From: Candidatus Sericytochromatia bacterium
GTDB lineage: Bacteria; Cyanobacteriota; Sericytochromatia; UBA7694
NCBI GenBank assembly: GCA_964229355.1
Contig: CAXRDE010000005.1
Location: forward strand, 1-37,130
Direction of reading: 5' to 3'
DNA: 37,130 bases
The first letter of the stretch is position 1. Every line of letters starts with the position of its first letter. Shown here piece by piece: positions 24,465-32,401 of this stretch. Below the pieces are notes generated by a model. The model had not been told where the DNA came from. It saw nothing but the letters and a program-made list of their open reading frames with translations, and did not search any database. Made by a program: the position numbers and the translations under genes.

Positions 24465-26648
24465 ATGTTGCCCACCCTGGCGCATTTGCTTGCGCGTTTG
24501 AGTCACTTGTTAAGCCGCCACCGTGTCTTTTGTGGTTTGTTATTGGTGGTGCTCTGGTGCAGTACCGGCTTGTATTTGGCGCAACAAAAAACACCCCCTC
24601 CCCGCATGGAAGGCAGTGGTGCCACCCACAGCTCCGCTTACCGGGCCAACCGTATTTCAGAAACCTACTTCAAATTTAACCACGAACGGGTCCTGGCTCT
24701 CATTTTTGAGCCTGGCAAGGGGCCTGATGAAGCCTTACTCCAAAGCTTGCGTTCCCATCCAGAGGTCTACAGGGTCGAAGCCATTCCCAGCGAAGAACAA
24801 CCTCAACACACCATTTACGCCATTCAATTGCGCCTGGATCTGCCTATTTTTGAAGCAGAAGCCCTCGTGCCCGAACTGCGCAAAATCATCGCCGATTGGT
24901 CTAAACCCCGTCAGGTTCGCACCTGGCTGACCGGTCAACAGGCCTTTTTTTACGACATGGCGGTGGCCAGCCGTGAAGATACGGCCAAAACCGAAGGCTG
25001 GGGATTGATCTTTGCCTTTGTGGTGCTCATTTTTTGCTTTGGTAGCTTGCTTTCAGCCGCTTTGCCGTTGCTACTGGGCATGGCCACCTTACTGGGCACA
25101 CAAGCTCTTATTTACGCTCTGGGCATGGGCAATACCGAAACCAGCGTCATTTTAAACAGCATGTTGGGACTGGGCTTAACCATTGATTACGCACTGTTTA
25201 TGGTCAGCCGCTATCGTGAAGAACGCCAGCAACACCCTCCCGAAAAGGCGCTGAGTCTCACCTTGCAATCCACAGGCAGAACCCTGGTGTACTCAGCCCT
25301 GATCATGGCCATTTCACTGGTGGCATTAATGCTTCCCGAAGTCGAAGCCCTGCGCGGTACCTTGAAAAATCTACTGTTGGTGGTGGCCCTGGCGCTAGGA
25401 AACGCCCTCACCTTGTTGCCCTTATTACTCCTGACCTGTGACCGCTTCTTGCACTGGCCCCACGGTCTGCACCAACGCATTATGCAATGGCACAACCCCG
25501 GCCGCTGGGCGCGCCTGTCCCGGCACGTCACCCACCGACCCTGGCGCTATTTTTTGCTCTCACTGGGCCTCCTGCTCTGTCTGATTTATCCGGCCAAAGA
25601 CCTGCAGCTGTGGCAACCGTTACACCAGCTTACCCCGCCTGGCGCAGAGTCTTCTGAAGGCTTTCAGCGGGTGGCCCAGGACACGTGGAAGGGCCAGCTC
25701 GCCCCCGTGGTGATTACCCAGGAAGCCTCCAGTGTCTTGAGCCCTGAGGCCCTGAGCCGCAACGCCGATCTGACCCAAAAATTACAGGCCCTGCCAATGG
25801 TGGGCAAGGTATACAGCCTAACCTCGGGAGGTCAAAGCGTGGCGGCCTACGTTAGCCTTTACGATCAACTAGAACTGGTGCGCCGTTTAACAGGCAATGG
25901 TTTGCCACTGGTGAAAGACACCGATCACAAGAGTCAGGTCACGCTTATCAATGTCTTTCCCCGCAATACTCTAGATATGGAAGACACCTATGCCATTATC
26001 GATTTTGTGGAAGCTTATCAGGCCCAGTACAGCGCCCCTGAGAACACCTTAGAAATGGGCGGCATGATTGCCCGGGCTAAAAGCTTAAATGCAGAACTTT
26101 ACCGTCATGTCTGGTTTATTCTGCTGCTGGTGAGCGTCGGCATTATCTTCACCCTGAGCCTGTATTTAAAATCTGTGGTCTTACCCCTCAAGGCTGCCAT
26201 TATGAACTTTTTACCCATTTTTGCCGCCTACGGTATTTTAGTCATGGCCTACATGTGGGGCGGTCTAGCCCACCATCCGGGCCTCATTGCCATTGTGCCA
26301 GTCATTTTGTTTTGTATTGTCTTTGGACTCAGTATGGACTACGAGGTTTTAATTTTAAGCCGTATTCACGAAGCCTGGCACGACACGGGCGATGTGCAAG
26401 AGGCAGTCGTAAGAGGCATGTCGCGCAGCGGGGGCATTATTACCGGAGCCGCCCTGATTTTACTGGGTGTGTTTTCACCGGGTATTTTTTCAAGCTCGCC
26501 GGTGGTGCGCGAAATTTCGCTGGGCATTACCGCCACCATTTTATTAGACGCCACCCTGGTGCGCCTGTTTTTGGTGCCCAGCTTTATGATGCTCATGGGT
26601 GAGTGGAACTGGTGGAGCCCTTTCAGTCGTAAAAAGCCCACCCACTGA
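24465..26648 (+). CDS. MMPL-family (RND superfamily) membrane transporter
   Basis: Two repeats of a 6-TM bundle plus large periplasmic loops. Conserved MMPL blocks are GxxxDYALFMVSRYREE (at 25190) and GLSMDYEVLILSRIHE (at 26330). Confidence 0.8.
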   Translation: MLPTLAHLLARLSHLLSRHRVFCGLLLVVLWCSTGLYLAQQKTPPPRMEGSGATHSSAYRANRISETYFKFNHERVLALIFEPGKGPDEALLQSLRSHPEVYRVEAIPSEEQPQHTIYAIQLRLDLPIFEAEALVPELRKIIADWSKPRQVRTWLTGQQAFFYDMAVASREDTAKTEGWGLIFAFVVLIFCFGSLLSAALPLLLGMATLLGTQALIYALGMGNTETSVILNSMLGLGLTIDYALFMVSRYREERQQHPPEKALSLTLQSTGRTLVYSALIMAISLVALMLPEVEALRGTLKNLLLVVALALGNALTLLPLLLLTCDRFLHWPHGLHQRIMQWHNPGRWARLSRHVTHRPWRYFLLSLGLLLCLIYPAKDLQLWQPLHQLTPPGAESSEGFQRVAQDTWKGQLAPVVITQEASSVLSPEALSRNADLTQKLQALPMVGKVYSLTSGGQSVAAYVSLYDQLELVRRLTGNGLPLVKDTDHKSQVTLINVFPRNTLDMEDTYAIIDFVEAYQAQYSAPENTLEMGGMIARAKSLNAELYRHVWFILLLVSVGIIFTLSLYLKSVVLPLKAAIMNFLPIFAAYGILVMAYMWGGLAHHPGLIAIVPVILFCIVFGLSMDYEVLILSRIHEAWHDTGDVQEAVVRGMSRSGGIITGAALILLGVFSPGIFSSSPVVREISLGITATILLDATLVRLFLVPSFMMLMGEWNWWSPFSRKKPTH

Positions 26649-26688
26649 AGCATGTCAGGGGTGGGCTTTAGCGATTTAAGGAGTTTAC

Positions 26689-27543
26689 TTAGCGGGTAAA
26701 GCTTTGGAGTTCGAGCACAGTGGTGGTGTCCACTGAAACACCATTTGACTGGGTTTTGCCCTTCACTTCTTCTTTCACCATGCCAATATTATCGACCATC
26801 CAGACTTTAATGTCCTGGTCTAAAGCACCGGCTGCACCGTCTAAAACCACTTTGGTTTTGCCCAGCACCACACCGGCGTTATAGGTGCCTGCGGGCACGC
26901 TCACGCTTTCGGTACTGTCCGCACCGGTCCAATCTAAGGTACCGCTACCAGCTGCCTGCATGCCTTCCACATACAAGGCGCTCACAGATTTCATCTGAAC
27001 GGTTTTTTCAGTGGGAGGTACTGCCGGAGCTCCCGCCACGGTGCTGTTGACCTCGGTACGGAAGGTTACCATATCACCCTGTACGTCAATGACTTCCATG
27101 CTGAAAGTGCCTAAATCCATAGAGCTGCCGCCGGAACCGCTGCCGCCGAGTCCCGGAATGCTGATGCCACTGGGAAGGTTGGGTACGGCAATGGCACCGA
27201 TTTCGTTCTTCATGCCATAGACCCATTTCATGCCTTTGCTATAAGACATTTCGTACTGATCAAATAAATTGGCACCGGTGACTGTTAAGACACCATTGGC
27301 CGCTGCGCTGGCACCGGTATTGGCACCTACAGAAACACCGGCATTAACACTGGTGCTCGCCGAAGCGCTGGCATTGGGTGTGGCAGAAGAGGTCGGGTCA
27401 GGACTGGCCGAAGGATCAGGGCTGGCAGAAGCGGCAGGCGAAGGACTTGCTGAGGGATTTAAACTGGCATTGAGATTGGCCTCACAGGCACTCAAACCGA
27501 CGAGAGCTGCACTGGCAAGACCTAAAAGAAAACGTTTTTGCAT
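26689..27543 (-). CDS. lipoprotein with Ala/Ser/Pro-rich linker (hypothetical)
   Basis: Lipobox LSAC and linker PSASPSPAASASPDPSASPDPTSSATPNASASAS. The start is set at ATG 27543 because a perfect SD AAGGAGA lies 6 nt upstream. Confidence 0.6.
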   Translation of the reverse strand: MQKRFLLGLASAALVGLSACEANLNASLNPSASPSPAASASPDPSASPDPTSSATPNASASASTSVNAGVSVGANTGASAAANGVLTVTGANLFDQYEMSYSKGMKWVYGMKNEIGAIAVPNLPSGISIPGLGGSGSGGSSMDLGTFSMEVIDVQGDMVTFRTEVNSTVAGAPAVPPTEKTVQMKSVSALYVEGMQAAGSGTLDWTGADSTESVSVPAGTYNAGVVLGKTKVVLDGAAGALDQDIKVWMVDNIGMVKEEVKGKTQSNGVSVDTTTVLELQSFTR

Positions 27544-27768
27544 AAGAAATCTCCTTAAACCGAATATTTGATACATTTGTTAAAGACGTAGAAAATTCAA
27601 AAAAGTTCTGTGTGCCCAGGGCGCGCAGATGGTGCTCAGTATAGCGTAAAGTTGCAAGGGCTGCCTCAGTGCTTGAAAAGATAAAATACAGAAAGAATTA
27701 CTTCTGCGCACATTATCCTCTAAATATAATATGAGGTAAGTTTTACCAGAGGAAAAAGGTCCAGGATC

Positions 27769-28128
27769 ATGAACAAAATTAACCTACACCACAAATTAAC
27801 CCTGTTTTCCGAGCATTGGTCTCCCAGGGTCATTGCCGAAATGAATGACTACCAGTTTAAACTGGTCAAAATCAAAGGGGAATTTACCTGGCATGCCCAT
27901 GAGGACACAGACGAAGTCTTTTTGGTACTGGAAGGTGAAATGGGCATTGTCTTTAGAGACCAAACTGTTCTACTGTCTCAAGGTGAAATGCTCGTGGTTC
28001 CCAGGGGCGTCGAGCATAAACCCTTTGCTGAGCAAGAGTGTAAAGTCATGCTGATTGAGCCCAAAGGGGTTGTTAATACCGGGGAATCTGGTGGTCCGCT
28101 AACGGCGGAAAATGATGTGTGGATCTAA
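27769..28128 (+). CDS. cupin-domain protein
   Basis: The cupin motifs are present: G(x)5HxH-like [18 protein letters not shown] and [13 protein letters not shown]+C is lower than the flanking core genes. Confidence 0.65.
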   Translation: MNKINLHHKLTLFSEHWSPRVIAEMNDYQFKLVKIKGEFTWHAHEDTDEVFLVLEGEMGIVFRDQTVLLSQGEMLVVPRGVEHKPFAEQECKVMLIEPKGVVNTGESGGPLTAENDVWI

Positions 28129-28236
28129 AAGGCAGTGATGAGACCCAAATACCTGATGTTATTTTCGAACGCACTCCTCAAGTGTGGTGACCTGTAGCTT
28201 GCTATCGCTGGTTTACACTGAGTTTAAAACACTCTT

Positions 28237-28254
28237 CCTGAGATTGTACCTGTA
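28237..28254. repeat. 18-bp direct repeat copy 1 (CCTGAGATTGTACCTGTA), att-like core
   Basis: Exact match to 29142-29159. The sequence 28255-28310 on the minus strand encodes YDCERVWVHTPQQMVQVQSQEECFKLSVNQR*, a diverged copy of the radical-SAM gene C-terminus. Confidence 0.7.
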
Positions 28255-28425
28255 CCATCTGCTGGGGCGTATGAACCCAAACTCGCTCACAATCATACTG
28301 GAACAAATATGAGCGTATTATCGCTATCATCGTCATGGAGTCCGCATGGAACTAAAATCACAGTATAATTAAGACCTTTTTAAACCATAGAAAAATAATT
28401 CTGATAAGGCATTCACGTAAAAAAC

Positions 28426-28884
28426 ATGGAGTTTCAACACTATACAAAGCAGTATAAAGATCAGTGTTTAAAAGTTTTTGAAAGTAATATAGGTCAATAT
28501 TTTGATGCCTCAGAGCGAGAATTGTATACAGAATATCTGAATGCTTTAAGTCTCGATATAAACGCTAGCTATTATGTCTACTTGTTACATGGCGAAGTTA
28601 TTGCCTGTGGTGGCTATTTGTTGAATGTAAACGTTTGTGCTTTAGCGTGGGGAATGGTTCATCGGGATTTTCATAATAAGGGTATTGGTACAAAGCTTAT
28701 CGATTTTCGTTTAAGCCAGCTGTCGAAAAATAAAGATGTAAAAACTGTACTCATCGAGACTTCTCAACATACAAAAGGCTTTTACACACAACACGGTTTT
28801 GTTCAAACCCAGGTGATTAAAGACGGCTTTGGAAAAAATATTGATCGTATTTTGATGGAAAAGGTCATCGCACATCATCCATAA
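28426..28884 (+). CDS. GNAT-family N-acetyltransferase
   Basis: GNAT motif A HRDFHNKGIGTKLI. The gene is markedly AT-rich: a hand count of its first 100 nt gives about 31 G+C. Confidence 0.75.
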   Translation: MEFQHYTKQYKDQCLKVFESNIGQYFDASERELYTEYLNALSLDINASYYVYLLHGEVIACGGYLLNVNVCALAWGMVHRDFHNKGIGTKLIDFRLSQLSKNKDVKTVLIETSQHTKGFYTQHGFVQTQVIKDGFGKNIDRILMEKVIAHHP

Positions 28885-29106
28885 AAGATGCTTCAACTAC
28901 CGCCGACCAGGAGAATTCAAAGTCGAAATACTCACTTGCTTACGACAAACATCTTTTAATCGGGAGCCAATGCCATGGTCTGCACAATACCTCTGCTTTC
29001 TTCCTCAAACGATTAATTAATTGTAAACACAAAACGTCATTCATTAAAACCATAAAGATCCCTCACAAGTACAGGAAGCAGGAAGGATAAGTCCTAAAGC
29101 ATTTTC

Positions 29107-31425
29107 TCACCCCGAGTGTAGATTCAAGCGCACAGCCTGCCCCTGAGATTGTACCTGTAGCGTTTGCTGAGAAACATGGGTCAAGACCCGTTCACAGCGC
29201 AACACCAGATCCGGTGAAGTAAAGAAGGGAATCCGCTCAAAGGACTGATCTACCTCGTGAATACTCAACGCCCGGCGGGCCATGCGCTGGGCTTTGCTGA
29301 GCTGTTGCTGCTGGGCATAAAGCTCAGCCAGGTGCAAGTAAGCCTCAGTCAGGTAAATGTCTTTGTGAATGGCACTCTGCAGAGCCTGAATCGCCTGAGG
29401 ATAAGCCTGTTGGGTACGCCACCATAGCCCGGCCACCAGATCTCCCTCAGCCAGATTGTGCCCCTGTTGCCGTGCCACATTGAGCCAGTGTTGTGCTTTG
29501 TCTAGCTGTTGGCGTTCAAGGGCAAAGTACGCAGCGCGAACAGCTAGACGGTCCACAAAGGGGAAGCGTTTAAGCACGCTCTCGTTAATAAATTCAGCAG
29601 CGCGAGCATTGCCCTGCTGCTTCAGACTGCGCACCTGTTCTAAGGTGTTTTCGAACACCGTCAGGCCATTGTGGGCCAACAGCTTGTCTTTACCAAAGCG
29701 AGAGAGGTACAGAAAAAAGGCAATGCGCGGCAATTGCTGCCAAAAAGTAGCGCGGTAGCTTAACCACACTTCATCGCTAAAACGCTCCTGAAACAGATGG
29801 GCCTGGGCATTATCCATGCCGCTTTCAAGGGTATAGCGAATATCGCTGGCCCAGTCTAACTTAAGATCGTCGGCATTGGCGGTTACCCCGTGGGCTTCGC
29901 GGTTGCGGTAAATGGGGGTGTTTTTTTTGAGAATGAAGGGTGAAGTGGCCAGAGAGTTAATAAACGCCTGATTTTTGCGAATAAACTGCACCGTCTCGGT
30001 AGCGGTTTCAAGGGTCTCGCCCGGGAAACCAAAGATCAAAAAGGCAAAGGTAAAAATGCCCGCCTCGTGCAGATTTTTGTACACGGTTTCGGTAATGGCA
30101 TTGTCGGTGCCTTTGACCATTTTTTGCGCCAGTTCGGCATTGGCGGACTCTAAGCCGGTCAGCACGAACAAACAGCCCGCCCGCCGCCAGAGATCTGTGG
30201 TTTCACGGTCAAACCCTTTTTGCAGTCTGGCCATGGTGTACCAGTGCACGTCCAACTCACGCTCAAGCAGGGCGTTCGACAATTGGCGTCCATAATTGGG
30301 CGACATGGTTTCATCACTAAACTGAAAGTGACGGACCCCGTATTTTTGCTGCAACAGTGCCATGTCATCCGCAATTTTGTAGGGCTTGCGAGAGCGAAAA
30401 CCCGCAAACTGCATAAAATGATCACAAAAAGTACAGTCTTTCCAATAGCAATCCCGAGACCCCAAAATGGGCAAAACAAGCTCTGCAGACCAATAATTAT
30501 CGAGATCTAAGCCATCAAAATCAGGGGCCTCAATGTCATTCATAGACAGGGCTGTGCCAATGCCGTTGACCTGTAGGCGACCATCGGGCCGATTGTAAAT
30601 GAGTGAGGGCACTTCTTCCAGCGGCAAATCGCCGTTAAGGGACTCAATCAGCTTTAACAGCGGCACCTCTCCTTCCCCTTTGACCGCACTGTGAATCAAA
30701 GTTTGAAAAGCGGGGTGGTGATCTACCTTGAGGCCATCGGCAATTTTTGAGAAATAAGCGCCCCCCACGGTAATGTGAGTGTCGGGCAGGTGCTCACGAA
30801 TTAGACGGGCCAGGGTAAAGGTGGGAATCATTTGATACTCTCGAGCGATGGAAAAGCCCACCAGATCGGGAGGATCTTTTTTGAGTTCAGGCAAAACTTT
30901 TTGCGTGTAAAAGTCTAAAAACGGATTGCTGATCTGGTTCTGACTGGCGCGAATAACCTCTGCAGAGTCGGCATAGCCTTCTTCCATAAAAAAGTGGTCC
31001 AGGGTCATGCGCGATCCCGGATACAAGGCATTAAAACAAGCAAACACCTTATCCAGGTCTTGCTTGGCCTGCAAAAGGGCTTCGTAATCGTAAAAGGCTT
31101 CGGTTTTAAAGACCCGTTTGATATGATCTAGATCGGGCAGATCTTGCAAAAGCTGTTGTAATTCCAGGTCTTGCTCTGGCGTAAGCCAGGCTTTACGGGC
31201 CTGAAATTGGGTCTCTAGATAGGCTTTATCGAAGGCCTGATCGTAAAACTGTAGATTGAGGTCCCACTGGTCAATCGCGTGTCCGTGTTGCCTGACATAA
31301 CTGCATAAACTGGGCAACGATAAATAGGGCATGCTCGGTTCCCAGTAGGGGCAAAAAAGCAAAAGGGTTTTGATAGACATCAAGGCAACAGTCACTTTCT
31401 CAGGATAATGCCTTGAACATAGCAT
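29107..31425 (-). CDS. B12-binding-domain radical SAM protein with C-terminal TPR repeats
   Basis: N-terminal B12-binding-like region (IKTLLLFCPYWEP...YLSLPSLCSYVRQHGH). The Fe-S cluster motif CYWKDCTFC at residues 326-334 was verified on the DNA at 30424-30450. C-terminal TPR-like helices are present (AAYFALERQQLDKAQHWLNVARQQG...EAYLHLAELYAQQQQLSKAQ). Confidence 0.8.
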   Translation of the reverse strand: MLCSRHYPEKVTVALMSIKTLLLFCPYWEPSMPYLSLPSLCSYVRQHGHAIDQWDLNLQFYDQAFDKAYLETQFQARKAWLTPEQDLELQQLLQDLPDLDHIKRVFKTEAFYDYEALLQAKQDLDKVFACFNALYPGSRMTLDHFFMEEGYADSAEVIRASQNQISNPFLDFYTQKVLPELKKDPPDLVGFSIAREYQMIPTFTLARLIREHLPDTHITVGGAYFSKIADGLKVDHHPAFQTLIHSAVKGEGEVPLLKLIESLNGDLPLEEVPSLIYNRPDGRLQVNGIGTALSMNDIEAPDFDGLDLDNYWSAELVLPILGSRDCYWKDCTFCDHFMQFAGFRSRKPYKIADDMALLQQKYGVRHFQFSDETMSPNYGRQLSNALLERELDVHWYTMARLQKGFDRETTDLWRRAGCLFVLTGLESANAELAQKMVKGTDNAITETVYKNLHEAGIFTFAFLIFGFPGETLETATETVQFIRKNQAFINSLATSPFILKKNTPIYRNREAHGVTANADDLKLDWASDIRYTLESGMDNAQAHLFQERFSDEVWLSYRATFWQQLPRIAFFLYLSRFGKDKLLAHNGLTVFENTLEQVRSLKQQGNARAAEFINESVLKRFPFVDRLAVRAAYFALERQQLDKAQHWLNVARQQGHNLAEGDLVAGLWWRTQQAYPQAIQALQSAIHKDIYLTEAYLHLAELYAQQQQLSKAQRMARRALSIHEVDQSFERIPFFTSPDLVLRCERVLTHVSQQTLQVQSQGQAVRLNLHSG
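29142..29159. repeat. 18-bp direct repeat copy 2 (CCTGAGATTGTACCTGTA) inside the 3' end of the radical-SAM gene
   Basis: Exact 18/18 match to 28237-28254. It encodes LQVQSQ of the radical-SAM C-terminus on the minus strand. Confidence 0.7.
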
Positions 31426-31481
31426 AAGATCAGTTATCTTAGAAGATACAGATGCGTTTAAAAAGGGAGGATCTCAACCGG

Positions 31482-31898
31482 ATGATGTCTACAGAAGAGG
31501 CCCAGGCCTTCGCGGCAGAGTGGTTACCCGCCTGGACGGGCAATCAACCGGAAGCCCTGGCCGCGTATTATGCCGATGACTGTTTTTACATGGACGCAGG
31601 CATACCCCAAGGAGCCCGGGGTAAAGGCGAATTGCTTAACTACTTGCGCAAATTACTGGCACAAAATCCCCACTGGGTATGGACCCAGCTCGAAGCCATT
31701 CCCATGGAAGACGGTTTTTTAAACAAATGGTTGGCAAAAATTCCCGTGGGAGACAAGGTGATTGAGTGTGTGGGCGTCTGCCTGGTGCAGTTTAACCCCC
31801 AGGGTAAAATTCGGCGCAATGAGGTGTATTTTGATCGCACAGAGCTGGTAGCGGCGGTCTACGCCCTTCAAAAAAGCCGTCAGGCCAAAGGCCTTTAA
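31482..31898 (+). CDS. SnoaL-like / NTF2-fold protein
   Basis: About 139 aa with the WLPAWTG...ALAAYYADDCFYMD pattern typical of the SnoaL_2 / NTF2-like superfamily. ATG 31482 has SD AAGGGAGGA 10 nt upstream, which lies inside the longer 31452 ORF. Confidence 0.5.
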   Translation: MMSTEEAQAFAAEWLPAWTGNQPEALAAYYADDCFYMDAGIPQGARGKGELLNYLRKLLAQNPHWVWTQLEAIPMEDGFLNKWLAKIPVGDKVIECVGVCLVQFNPQGKIRRNEVYFDRTELVAAVYALQKSRQAKGL

Positions 31899-31899
31899 G

Positions 31900-32307
31900 A
31901 TGCGTGAATTAACCGGAGGTTGTTGTTGTGGACGGGTCCAATTTGAAGTTAAAGATGCCTTTGCAACATTCTTTTTTTGTCACTGTGAACAATGCCGAAA
32001 ATTAACGGGCTCAGCCCATGCCGCCAATCTCTTTACTGCGCCTGAGAATATCACCTGGCTGCACGGTCAGGAACATACCCGACGCTATGATCATCCCACG
32101 CGCTTCTTTTCAAAGGTTTTTTGCCTGGACTGTGGTTCTGCCCTTCCCTATCTTTCTCAACGGGGTAACACATTGATTGTGCCTGCAGGCAGCCTGAATG
32201 AAGAGCCAACACAACCCGTGAACGCCAGAATCTTTTGCAAGGAGCAAACCCAATGGCACAAACAGGGCCTGGAAGCCCCTGCTTTTCAGGATGATCCATC
32301 AATATAA
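31900..32307 (+). CDS. GFA-family (glutathione-dependent formaldehyde-activating / CENP-V-like) zinc protein
   Basis: The Cys patterns are GGCCCGRV, CHCEQC and CLDCGS, at the spacing seen in the GFA family. Confidence 0.7.
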   Translation: MRELTGGCCCGRVQFEVKDAFATFFFCHCEQCRKLTGSAHAANLFTAPENITWLHGQEHTRRYDHPTRFFSKVFCLDCGSALPYLSQRGNTLIVPAGSLNEEPTQPVNARIFCKEQTQWHKQGLEAPAFQDDPSI

Positions 32308-32401
32308 CTCCACCACAGCCCTGTAAAGTTCAATGTGCTAAAACAGGCCACGCCCCATGTTAAGATAAGCTAAGATCAAGCAAAAAGGCGGACAAGGGCG
32401 C

